Positions 1-8,813 of a DNA stretch of 64,000 nucleotides are shown here, piece after piece. Positions within the stretch are counted from its first letter, which is position 1; every line of letters begins with the position of its first letter. Position numbers and translations under genes: made by a program. The notes under the pieces are model-generated. The model was not told where the DNA came from. It saw only the letters and a list, made by a program, of their open reading frames with translations, and searched no databases. The DNA lies in NCBI GenBank assembly GCA_963763775.1, contig CAVXPZ010000004.1, positions 263,451 to 327,450 of the forward strand, given 5' to 3'. Source of the stretch: an uncultured Chloroflexia bacterium. GTDB taxonomy: Bacteria > Chloroflexota > Limnocylindria > Limnocylindrales > CSP1-4.

Positions 1-157
1 GACTCGGCCGATCCTCGAGCAGCTCGGGGCACGGCCACTGCTCGCCCTGCTGGACGACGCGCTCGGTGACTCGGGCGGCGCGAGCTCGTCCTCGCGCGAC
101 GGCGCCGGGTCGGGGATCGCGGAGCGGTCCCGAGGCGGCTGACCGCCGACGTCGGAA

Positions 158-1007
158 TCAGCCCGCCGCGATCGAGTCGAGCGCCGCGGCCAGCTCGTCG
201 GCGTCCGCGGCGATGGCGTAGGGGCGTTCGGCCTCGGGCAGCGCGTCCACCTGTTCGCGCGTCGTGACGCCGGTCAGCATCAGGACGCAGCGCGCACCGA
301 CGGCATGCGCCGCGATGAGGTCCGTGGCGATGCCGTCGCCGATCATCACCGCGTCGTGGACGTCGCGGCCGACGGCCTCCGCCGCGAGCTGCAGGAGATG
401 GGGCGCCGGCTTGCCGATCGAGAGCGGCACGACGCCGGACGCCGCCTCGACGAAGGCCGCGACCGCACCGGCCCCGGGACGCAGCCCGCGCTCGGTGGGG
501 TAGATCGGGTCGCGGTTCGTCGCGATGAACCTCGCCCCGGCGCGGATGCAGTCGTTGGCGGCGGCCAGTCGCAGGTAGGTGAGGTTCGGGTCGAGGCCGG
601 TCACCACGGCGTCCGGCTGACCGGCAGCCGCCCAGCCATCGATGCCCTCCTGGTGCATCCGGGTCGCGGCGGCTCCCGACGTCACGACATCGAGGCCGAC
701 GTCGCGGAGCTCGCGCTCGAGACCGCCCGCCCCGACCACCAGGACGCGGCGGATGCCGGTCTCGTGGGTGACGATGTGCATCGCGGTCGCCCGGGCGGAC
801 GACACCACGGTCTCGGGACGTGACCGGCGCGCCCATCGAGGCCAGGCGGGTCACGTAGTCGGCGCGGTAGTGCATCGAGTTGTTCGTCACGTAGACCACG
901 TCGTCGCCCAGGGCGGCGCGAGCGGCGAGGACGGCGGCGACGCCCGGGACCGGCGCGGTCCCGCGGTACACGACCCCGTCGAGGTCCACGAGCAGGAGGA
1001 GCGACAC
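158..1007 (-). CDS. HAD-superfamily subfamily IIA hydrolase (NagD-like), reading frame broken once
   Basis: The N-terminal DxDG motif (VSLLLLVDLDGVVY, GTG at 1007) is in one frame. The rest (ORF 158..808, with GKPAP and MIGDGIATD motifs) is in another. The switch is at the GGG run 815-817. Confidence 0.8.
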
Positions 1008-1043
1008 GGCCCGATCGTAGCGGCGCCGCGCCGGCCGCGTACG

Positions 1044-1676
1044 ATGGCGGTCATGGCCCGCACCGCCTCGCTCCCCGCCGACCCGTTCGCGAGCACCGAC
1101 TGGCTGCTGATCGACGGGACCAACCTCCTGCATGCCCTCGCGAAGTCGAAGGTGGCCGCCCCGCGATCGGCCTTGATCGGGCGCATCCGAGGCATCGTGC
1201 CGACGTCCGTTGCGATCGACGTGGTGTTCGACGGACCGTCGGAGCCGGGGCTGCGCGGCGAGCGCATCGCGTCGGGCCTGCGGGTCCGCTACAGCGGCGG
1301 ACGCACGGCCGATGCCGTCCTGCTCTCGCTCGTCGACGAGACGCGCGTCAGCGACGGCCCGCTCGGCACCGCGGCGATCCTCGTCGTCACCGACGACCGC
1401 GACCTCCGTCACGGCCTGCAGAACCGCGGCGCGCGGACGGCCGGGACCGCGTGGCTGCTCGGTCGGCTCGAGCGGACGGGGCGCTCCCGCGACGGGTCGA
1501 GCCTCGGCCAGGCGCCCAAGACGATGCCCGCTGCCACGGGTTCCGGGACCGCCGCCGGGTCGGCCGGCGACCGCGACACCGAGGACGAAGGCCGCTGGGA
1601 ACCGGGGCGTCGTGCGACCGTCAAGAAGGGCAACGCGCGACGTCGGCCGCGGCACCATCCGGGCCGCAACGGCTGA
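1044..1676 (+). CDS. YacP/NYN-domain-like putative RNA-binding protein
   Basis: In-frame ATG at 1044 inside ORF 642..1676. Sequence WLLIDGTNLLHA...VVFDG...ILVVTDDRDL is typical of the NYN/YacP family, with a basic C-terminal tail. Confidence 0.65.
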   Translation: MAVMARTASLPADPFASTDWLLIDGTNLLHALAKSKVAAPRSALIGRIRGIVPTSVAIDVVFDGPSEPGLRGERIASGLRVRYSGGRTADAVLLSLVDETRVSDGPLGTAAILVVTDDRDLRHGLQNRGARTAGTAWLLGRLERTGRSRDGSSLGQAPKTMPAATGSGTAAGSAGDRDTEDEGRWEPGRRATVKKGNARRRPRHHPGRNG

Positions 1677-1711
1677 CCGCGGACCGAGGCCCACGCTGCT
1701 AGGATGCGCCC

Positions 1712-2191
1712 GTGATCGTCGACACCCTGAACCAGATCTGGACCACGATCCTCGACGTGACGGCCATCTTCGTCACGCCGGACTGGAACTTCCTGATCCA
1801 GACGCTGCCCTTCCTGATCCTGCTCGGCGTGGTCATGCCGTTCCTCACGTTCACGGCCCTCGGATCGATCATCTATCTCGCCCGGAAGCCGCGCGCGAAG
1901 GTCTCGTTCGTCGAGGGCCCGCAGGTCGCGACGCTCGGGGCGGACGGCGAGCCCGTGTTCCCCGTCGGCTTGCCGCACTGCCGTCGCGACCGCCTCATCT
2001 TCCCCTCGGGCACGAACCGGTGCGACGCCTGCCGCGATGAGCTGACGGTGATCTGCCCGATGTGCGGCCTCGGCCGTCTCGCGCTCGTCGATACCTGCAC
2101 GAACTGCGGCCTGGTCCTGAAGGTCAAGCCGAAGGCCGTCGCGGTCCGGACCTCCGCCGGCGCCAAGCCGGGCGGCGCCGCGGCCGCCTGA
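1712..2191 (+). CDS. membrane protein with C-terminal double CxxC zinc-ribbon
   Basis: ORF 1712..2191 has a hydrophobic N-terminal half, then CDAC...CPMCG...CTNCG. It lies directly upstream of ccsA. Confidence 0.55.
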   Translation: MIVDTLNQIWTTILDVTAIFVTPDWNFLIQTLPFLILLGVVMPFLTFTALGSIIYLARKPRAKVSFVEGPQVATLGADGEPVFPVGLPHCRRDRLIFPSGTNRCDACRDELTVICPMCGLGRLALVDTCTNCGLVLKVKPKAVAVRTSAGAKPGGAAAA

Positions 2192-2211
2192 CGGGAGGGC
2201 CGCTCACACCC

Positions 2212-3156
2212 GTGTCGCTCGAAGTCCTCTCCTCGACCCTCTTCTCGATCGGGGTCCTGCTCGTCACCATCGGATTCGCCGCGCACGTCGGTCACGCGGT
2301 GATGCTGGCGAACGGCCGCCGGACCTTGCCCGCGATCGTCACGGCCCCCCAGCCGGCCTATGCCGGCGTGGTGACGGGCTCGTTCGTGACCAGCCAGAGC
2401 CACGCTGCCGCGTCCGGGCCGACCACCTCGGCGTCGCCGACGCCGCTCTCCCGGGTCGCGATCGGCATCACGTTCATCGCCTTCGTCACGCTCGGCGTCT
2501 CGATCCTCGCGCGCGCCATCGTCGTCGGGCGCGGGCCGTGGGGGAACATGTTCGAGTTCAGCGTCGCGTTCGCGTTCTCGATGCTCGGCGGCTACCTCTT
2601 CCTCCAGCGCCGCTACCCCATCCGATCGATCGGCTTCATCCCCACGGGCGTGGCCCTCGCGATGCTGCTCTACGCCTCGAGCCTGCCGTCCGAGATCAAG
2701 CCGCTGGTCCCCGCGCTCCAGAACGCGCCGCTCCTGACGATCCACGTCGGGATGGCGGTGACGGCGTACGGCATCTTCGCGACGAGCTTCGCCGCCGGGA
2801 TCGCGTACCTCGCCCAGGGTCAGGGCGACCGCTTCTCCTGGCTGCCGTCGCACAAGGTGCTCGACGAGGTCGCGTATCGCGCGGTCATCATCGGCTTCCC
2901 GATCTTCGCGACGATGATCATCCTCGGGTCGTGGTGGGCCTCGATCGCCTGGTCCCGCTACTGGGGCTGGGACCCGAAGGAGACGGCCGCCCTCGTCACG
3001 TGGCTGACGTATGCGATCTACCTCCACGCGCGCAACCAGCGCTCGTGGGCTGGGCGCCCCGCCGCATTGCTGCTCGTCGTGGGGTTCGGGATGGTGCTCG
3101 TCACCTATTCCGGGTCGCTCTGGTTCAGCGGCCTGCACGCGTACTCGGGCCTGTGA
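2212..3156 (+). CDS. ccsA: cytochrome c biogenesis protein CcsA/ResC family
   Basis: GTG at 2212 in ORF 2062..3156. Multi-TM protein with the heme-handling W-rich motif WGWDPKETAALVTWL. Confidence 0.85.
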   Translation: MSLEVLSSTLFSIGVLLVTIGFAAHVGHAVMLANGRRTLPAIVTAPQPAYAGVVTGSFVTSQSHAAASGPTTSASPTPLSRVAIGITFIAFVTLGVSILARAIVVGRGPWGNMFEFSVAFAFSMLGGYLFLQRRYPIRSIGFIPTGVALAMLLYASSLPSEIKPLVPALQNAPLLTIHVGMAVTAYGIFATSFAAGIAYLAQGQGDRFSWLPSHKVLDEVAYRAVIIGFPIFATMIILGSWWASIAWSRYWGWDPKETAALVTWLTYAIYLHARNQRSWAGRPAALLLVVGFGMVLVTYSGSLWFSGLHAYSGL

Positions 3157-3160
3157 CGCC

Positions 3161-3880
3161 GTGAAGGTCCGGAGCATCACCGTCGTCGGGCTCCTGATCT
3201 TCACCACCACCGCCATCTGGGGGTGCGACGCGTTCGGCACGCCGAAGCCCAGCCGGACGCCGATCGGGGCCGCCGCGTCGCCGAGTCGGGTGCCGTTGCC
3301 GCAGACCGGCGGCAGCGAACCGCCGGTCGCGAGCCCGACGGCCACGCCGGTCGAGCCCTCAGCCGCGCCCGAGGCGTCGGCCTCCCCCGATGACGACCTG
3401 GAGCCCGACGGGTCGCAGGAGCCGGACTCGTCGTCGCTGCCGGGCGACCCGTTCGGGAAGGCCGAGGCCACCTACCGGAATGGGTCCGCGACGCTCACGA
3501 TCGGCAAGCAGGTCATCGCGCTCGGACGGCTCGCCGGCACCGGGACCTACTTCGCGGAGTTCGGCGCCGACGTCATCTGGACCGGCGACGAGGGCTGGTA
3601 CGTGCAACTCGGCGGCGCGAAGCCGTCGAAGGGCCCGATCGGGATCCCCGCGTACATCGCGCTCGACTGGGTCCATGACGGCCAGCACTGGACGAGCTGG
3701 GACGAGGACGGCTGTCGCGTGACGATCCTCGAGGCCGACCCGGGCGGGGTCCGCGGCATCGCCAGCTGCTCGAACATGCGCTGGGTCGACGCGATCGCCG
3801 GCGCGCTCGCCGACGAGCCGACCCCGATCCTGGGCCAGGCCCCGTTCTCGGCGGCGGTCACCTTCGTGGCGAGGCCGTAG
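3161..3880 (+). CDS. putative lipoprotein
   Basis: GTG at 3161 in ORF 3011..3880. Signal peptide with lipobox (AIWGC), followed by a P/S/A-rich linker and a globular C-terminal domain. Confidence 0.6.
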   Translation: MKVRSITVVGLLIFTTTAIWGCDAFGTPKPSRTPIGAAASPSRVPLPQTGGSEPPVASPTATPVEPSAAPEASASPDDDLEPDGSQEPDSSSLPGDPFGKAEATYRNGSATLTIGKQVIALGRLAGTGTYFAEFGADVIWTGDEGWYVQLGGAKPSKGPIGIPAYIALDWVHDGQHWTSWDEDGCRVTILEADPGGVRGIASCSNMRWVDAIAGALADEPTPILGQAPFSAAVTFVARP

Positions 3881-3905
3881 GACCGAAGACGCTGGACCGG
3901 CGGCG

Positions 3906-4943
3906 TCAGCGGGTCCGGGTCACCTTGACGATGCTGCGCGGGGCGTCCGGGTCCTTGCCCCGGGCGATCGTCAGGTGCATCGCGTGGAGCTGCCCCGCGA
4001 CGATCGTCGCGATCGGGGCGATCCATTCGGCTGCGGCAGGTGGCAGCTCGATCGGCCGCGTCGCCAGCGCCAGGGCGTCGGATCGGTCGGAGAGGACCGT
4101 GAGGTCCGGGTCGAGGTCGGCGCGCAGCAGCCGCAGCTGCTCGACGAGTCCCGCCGCCGCCGGGCCGTCGCGGACGATCGCGATGACCGGCACGCCGTCC
4201 TCGACGAGCGCCACCGGTCCGTGGGCGAAGTCCGCCGCGGAGTACGGGTCGGCGAACACGTGCGCGAGCTCCTTGATCTTGATCGCCCACTCGCGGGCGG
4301 TCGCGTACTCGTAGCCGCGCGCGACGATCAGGGCCCGGCTGGCGGCCGCGTGGGCCCGCGCCGCCTCGGCCATGGCCGGCTCCAGGGCGAGGACCGCGGC
4401 GATCGCGTCGGGCACCGCGGCGACGGCCGCACGGTCCGCCTCGTCGTCGCTCAGCGCGGCGGAGAGCGCCGCGATCGCGAGGACCGAGGTCGTATACGTC
4501 TTGGTCGCCGCGATCGCCCGTTCCGGGCCGGCGGACAGGGCGATGGTCCAGTCCGCGGCCACACCCAGCGGCGAGTCCGGGTCGTTGGTCAGCGCGACGG
4601 TCGGTGCCCCCTGCCGGCGCGCCGCGTCCACGACCGCGACGATGTCGGGGGACGCCCCGGACTGGCTGATCGCGATCACGAGGCTGTGGCGGAGCCCCGG
4701 GTCCGCGCCGTAGACCGACACCACGGACGGCGTGGCCAGCCCGGCGGTCAGCCCGTGCCGGATCCCGAGGACGTACTGCGCGTAGATGGCCGCGTGGTCC
4801 GACGTGCCGCGGGCGACGATGACCACGTGCTCGATGTCGCGGGCACGGATCGCGTCCGCGAGGGCGGCCACGGGTCCCGACTGCGTCGCGAGGAACCGGG
4901 CCGCGGCCTCGGGCTGCTCGAGGATCTCGTCGCGGAGCGTCAT
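3906..4943 (-). CDS. SIS-domain sugar-phosphate isomerase/aminotransferase-like protein (GlmS C-terminal / FrlB-like)
   Basis: ATG at 4943 (MTLRDEILEQPEA). Two SIS repeats (VIVARGTSDHAA, ISQSGASPD, ATKTYT). Confidence 0.8.
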   Translation of the reverse strand: MTLRDEILEQPEAAARFLATQSGPVAALADAIRARDIEHVVIVARGTSDHAAIYAQYVLGIRHGLTAGLATPSVVSVYGADPGLRHSLVIAISQSGASPDIVAVVDAARRQGAPTVALTNDPDSPLGVAADWTIALSAGPERAIAATKTYTTSVLAIAALSAALSDDEADRAAVAAVPDAIAAVLALEPAMAEAARAHAAASRALIVARGYEYATAREWAIKIKELAHVFADPYSAADFAHGPVALVEDGVPVIAIVRDGPAAAGLVEQLRLLRADLDPDLTVLSDRSDALALATRPIELPPAAAEWIAPIATIVAGQLHAMHLTIARGKDPDAPRSIVKVTRTR

Positions 4944-5104
4944 CGGAAGCGATGGTACCGGCCTCCGCGGCCCCGGACCGCTCGGACCCGTGTGGTATGG
5001 TGGATGCACTGCCACCCCTTGTGGCGATGCTCCGCGTGGTCGACCCCCTTTTCGAACGGACCGTGCGATCTGCTCTCCGTGTTCGGGAAGTGTTGGAGGT
5101 CCTC

Positions 5105-5308
5105 ATGACCACCGGTACCATCAAGAAGGTCGTCGCCGATCGCGGCTTCGGCTTCATCACCGCCGAGGATGAGAAGGAATACTTCTTCCATCGCGGCGCG
5201 CTCGACTCCTCGCTCGATTTCGATCGCCTCACCGGTGGTGAGCGCGTCGAGTTCGACGTCGAGCAGAGCCCCAAGGGTCCGCGCGCGAACAAGGTTCACG
5301 CCGCCTAG
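5105..5308 (+). CDS. cold-shock domain protein
   Basis: 67 aa, with the RNP1-like motif GTIKKVVADRGFGFIT. ATG at 5105 is preceded by GGAGG. Confidence 0.9.
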   Translation: MTTGTIKKVVADRGFGFITAEDEKEYFFHRGALDSSLDFDRLTGGERVEFDVEQSPKGPRANKVHAA

Positions 5309-5319
5309 GCCCTGACCGG

Positions 5320-5343
5320 ACGGCCCGTCCCAGGACGGGCCGT
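5320..5343 (+). terminator. hairpin downstream of the csp gene
   Basis: ACGGCCCGTCC-ca-GGACGGGCCGT inverted repeat immediately after the TAG stop. No clear U tract. Confidence 0.4.
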
Positions 5344-5491
5344 TCCATCCCCGCGTTCACACCACGAGCACGGTCGCGACCCGTCGTCGAGCAACGGCTC
5401 GGCTCGTTCCGCCACCGCTGCCGACTCGCCACCGCTGGCCCGCCCCTCGTTCAGGGCACCCTGCGCGGGTCGGATCGAGAGGACTGACGCC

Positions 5492-6676
5492 ATCGTTCGA
5501 ACCGCCTTCGTCTCCACCTACCCACCGCGTCGCTGCGGTATCGCGACCTTCACGCACGACCTCGCCGCCGCCTCGAGTGGGCGCGAGATCGTCGCCCTCC
5601 TCGACCCAGAACCCGGTGTCCCGTACCCGATCGAGGTCCACCACCGGGTCCGTCGCGACGAGCGACCCGACTACATCCACACCGCGCATGCCCTCTCCAC
5701 CTGCGTCGACGTCGTGTCGATCCAGCACGAGTACGGGATCTGGGGCGGCGCGGACGGCGAGTACGTCCTCGACTTCGTCCGCGCCCTGGACCTCCCCGCG
5801 GTCGTCACGCTCCACACCGTCCTGCGGAAGCCCACCGAGCGCCAGCGCGCGATCCTGATCGAACTCGTCGGCCACGCGGCCGCGACCGTCGTGATGTCGA
5901 AGGCCGCCGCCACCCTGCTGTCCACCGCCTACGGCGTGGACCCGCGACGCGTGGAGATCATCCCGCACGGCGTCCCGGACCTGCCCCTGGTCGCCTCCGA
6001 GACCGTGAAGCCGCGCCTCGAGCTCGCCGGCCGCGACGTCATCCTCAGCTTCGGCCTCCTCGGCCAGGGCAAGGGCTACGAGCTGGCGATCGATGCGCTC
6101 CCGGCGGTCGTCGCCGAGCATCCGAACGCGATGTACGTGATCGTCGGCGCGACCCATCCCGACCTGATCCGCAACGAGGGCGAGGCCTACCGGCATGCCC
6201 TCACCGCCCGAGTCAGGGCCCATGGCCTGACCGATCACGTCCGGTTCGTCGACCGGTTCGTCGGCCGCGTGGAACTGACCCGCTGGCTCGAGGCGGCCGA
6301 CGTCTTCGTCACGCCTTATCCCAATCTCGACCAGATCGTGTCGGGCACGCTGTCGTACGCCATGGGCGCGGGGCGGGCCGTCGTCTCGACACCGTACGCG
6401 TACGCGTCGGAGCTGCTCGCGGACGGCCGCGGCGTCCTCGTCGAGCCCGGGTCGCCGGCCAGGTTCGCCGTGGCGCTCAACGACGTCCTCGGCGACGACC
6501 CCAAGCGGGCCGACATCGGCCGGCGCGCCCACGAGCACACGCGCGGGATGATCTGGCGGGAAGTCGGCGCGGAATACCGTCGACTCTTCGAACGCGTCGC
6601 CCTCGAAACGCCCGAGGACCTGACCGACCGACCCACGACGACGCGGTCCACCGCCATGGCGGTCGTCAATGCTTGA
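5492..6676 (+). CDS. GT4-family glycosyltransferase (start codon unresolved)
   Basis: The frame is open from 5309. The conserved N-terminus (VRTAFVSTYPPRRCGIATFTHDL) lies upstream of the first canonical start (GTG 5714). GAGAGGA at 5476-5482 precedes ATC at 5492. The C-terminal half is a typical GT4 domain. Confidence 0.8.
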   Translation: MVRTAFVSTYPPRRCGIATFTHDLAAASSGREIVALLDPEPGVPYPIEVHHRVRRDERPDYIHTAHALSTCVDVVSIQHEYGIWGGADGEYVLDFVRALDLPAVVTLHTVLRKPTERQRAILIELVGHAAATVVMSKAAATLLSTAYGVDPRRVEIIPHGVPDLPLVASETVKPRLELAGRDVILSFGLLGQGKGYELAIDALPAVVAEHPNAMYVIVGATHPDLIRNEGEAYRHALTARVRAHGLTDHVRFVDRFVGRVELTRWLEAADVFVTPYPNLDQIVSGTLSYAMGAGRAVVSTPYAYASELLADGRGVLVEPGSPARFAVALNDVLGDDPKRADIGRRAHEHTRGMIWREVGAEYRRLFERVALETPEDLTDRPTTTRSTAMAVVNA

Positions 6677-7838
6677 CGCCGACGCCATCGGCCGGCCGGG
6701 CGAGCTGGCCCCGCTCTACCTCGTGAGCCGCGAGCATCTCGACGAGCTCTCCGACCAGATCGGGATCATGCAGCACGCGATCGGGTCCAAGCCGGACCCG
6801 GCGCACGGCTATTGCGTCGACGATGTCGCCCGCGCCCTCCAGGTCGACCTGCTCCACGGCCGGGAGCTCGGCTGGGCGACCGTGGCCGAGCGTGCGTGGA
6901 GCAATCTCCGGTTCCTGAGCACCGCGTTCGACGCGGAGATCGGCGGGTTCCGCAACTTCCGCCGCGTGGACGGCTCGTGGCTCGACGGCCGCAGCTCCGA
7001 CGACAGCCAGGCGCGGGCCATGCTCGCCCTAGGCGAGACCATCGCCGGTGCATCCGATCCGCGGATGGTCTCCTTCGCGACGTCGCTGTTCGACCAGGCC
7101 CTGCCCGAGGCCCAGCGGCTGCCTGCACTGCGAGCCCAGGCGTCCGTGATGTTGGCGTGCGACGCCGTCATGCGCGTGGCCCCGACCGGTGAGACCGCCC
7201 GGGCCTACCGACTCCTCGCCGGCCGGATCCGGGCGCTCCTCGGGTCGCGGGCCGCGGCCGCCTGGCCCTGGCCAGAGCCGGCCCTCACGTACGAGAACGC
7301 CCTCCCGGTCCGCGCGATGATCGTGGCCGGCCAGTACCTCGACTCGCCGCCGGTCATCGATGCTGGGCTCGCGATGCTCGACTGGCAGATCACGGCGCAG
7401 ACCGCCGACGCCGGGCACCTGTCCCTCATCGGCAACGGCTGGTGGCCGCGCGACGGCGAACGGTCGAGGTTCGATCAGCAGCCGGTCGAGGCCACCGCGC
7501 TCCTGCTGGCGGCCGAGTCCGCGTACGAGGTCTCCGGGCTCGAGCGCTACCGCACGACCATGGAGCAGGCGTACGCCTGGTTCCTCGGCGCGAACGATAT
7601 CGGCGCGGTCGTCGCCGACCCGATCCGCGGCGCCTGCGGCGACGGGCTGACCCCCGCGGGCATCAACACCAACGAGGGCGCCGAGTCGACGCTCATGTGG
7701 CTCATGGCCCTCGAGCACATCCGCGCGCTGCGTCAGGGCCGGCCGACGCCGCCGCCCGTCGCCGAACGTCGCGAGGGTGCGGCGGGTGCCGGCGCGGCGC
7801 CCGACATCGAGCGTCGCGCCCTGGCCGGGGTCGCATGA
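6669..7838 (+). CDS. uncharacterised protein, possibly (alpha/alpha)6-toroid glycoside-hydrolase-like
   Basis: ORF 6669..7838 overlaps the GT4 stop by 8 nt and the GH130 start by 4 nt. It is helix-rich with repeated W/Y/aromatic motifs. The fold call is an inference only. Confidence 0.65.
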   Translation: MLDADAIGRPGELAPLYLVSREHLDELSDQIGIMQHAIGSKPDPAHGYCVDDVARALQVDLLHGRELGWATVAERAWSNLRFLSTAFDAEIGGFRNFRRVDGSWLDGRSSDDSQARAMLALGETIAGASDPRMVSFATSLFDQALPEAQRLPALRAQASVMLACDAVMRVAPTGETARAYRLLAGRIRALLGSRAAAAWPWPEPALTYENALPVRAMIVAGQYLDSPPVIDAGLAMLDWQITAQTADAGHLSLIGNGWWPRDGERSRFDQQPVEATALLLAAESAYEVSGLERYRTTMEQAYAWFLGANDIGAVVADPIRGACGDGLTPAGINTNEGAESTLMWLMALEHIRALRQGRPTPPPVAERREGAAGAGAAPDIERRALAGVA

Positions 7839-8794
7839 CCCGCGCCCACGAAACGATGCTGTTCACGCGATCGGCGGCGAACCCGATCCTGACCGCCGCG
7901 GATGTCCCCTACCCCGCGAACACGGTCTTCAACCCGGGGGCGGCCCAGGTCGGCGACGAGACGATCCTCCTGGTCCGTGTCGAGGACCTCCGCGGGATCT
8001 CGCAACTCCACGTCGCGCGCAGCAAGGACGGCGTCACCGATTGGCGTTTCGACCCCGAGCCGCTGCTGCGATCGGACGTCGAGAAGCACCCCGAGGAGAT
8101 CTGGGGCTGCGAGGATCCGCGACTGACGTGGCTCCCCGAACGCGAGGAGTGGGCGATCGCCTACACGGCCTACAGCCGTCGCGGACCGCTCGTCTCGCTG
8201 GCGATGACTCGCGACTTCGCGAGCGTGCGCCGGCTGGGTCCGGTCATGCCGCCGGAGGACAAGGACGCCGCCCTCTTCCCGGACCGCATCGATGGTCGCT
8301 GGGCGATGATCCACCGCCCGTCCCCGCTCCGCGGCGGGGCGCACATGTGGATCTCGTACTCGCCAGACCTCCGCCACTGGGGCGACCACTCGCTGATGCT
8401 CGAGGCCCGCGACGGCGCCTGGTGGGATGCCGGCAAGATCGGCCTCGGCCCGCCGCCGCTTCGAACGGCCGAGGGATGGCTCGTGATGTACCACGGCGTC
8501 CATCTGACGGGCGACGGACCCATCTACCGCGCGGGCCTCGCCCTCTTCGACCTCGCGGATCCGCAGGTCCTGCTCCACCGGATGGACGAGTGGGTCTTCG
8601 GGCCGTTCGAGCTGTACGAGCTGACCGGCGACGTCGGCAAGGTCGTCTTCCCGTGCGGCTGGGTCCACGACGAGGCTACCGACCAGCTGCGGATGTACTA
8701 CGGCGCCGCCGACTCGTCCGTGGCGCTGGCGACCGCCACGTTCAGCGAGGTCCTTGCGAAGGTCCTCGCGGCCCCGGGCACCGTTCCCGCCTGA
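7835..8794 (+). CDS. GH130-family glycoside phosphorylase/hydrolase (beta-mannoside phosphorylase-like)
   Basis: ATG at 7835 (ATGA overlap with the upstream stop). Motifs NPILTAADVPYPANTVFNPGA, VRVEDLRGIS and CEDPRLTW are typical of GH130. Confidence 0.85.
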   Translation: MTRAHETMLFTRSAANPILTAADVPYPANTVFNPGAAQVGDETILLVRVEDLRGISQLHVARSKDGVTDWRFDPEPLLRSDVEKHPEEIWGCEDPRLTWLPEREEWAIAYTAYSRRGPLVSLAMTRDFASVRRLGPVMPPEDKDAALFPDRIDGRWAMIHRPSPLRGGAHMWISYSPDLRHWGDHSLMLEARDGAWWDAGKIGLGPPPLRTAEGWLVMYHGVHLTGDGPIYRAGLALFDLADPQVLLHRMDEWVFGPFELYELTGDVGKVVFPCGWVHDEATDQLRMYYGAADSSVALATATFSEVLAKVLAAPGTVPA

Positions 8795-8813
8795 CGGTCC
8801 CTAGACTCCGCGC

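Noticed and set aside
2-142. Open frame ending at TGA 140-142, possibly the 3' end of an upstream gene
   Set aside because: Only 46 codons are visible, they are low-complexity (G/S/A/R-rich), and no family signal is present. It cannot be supported as a feature.
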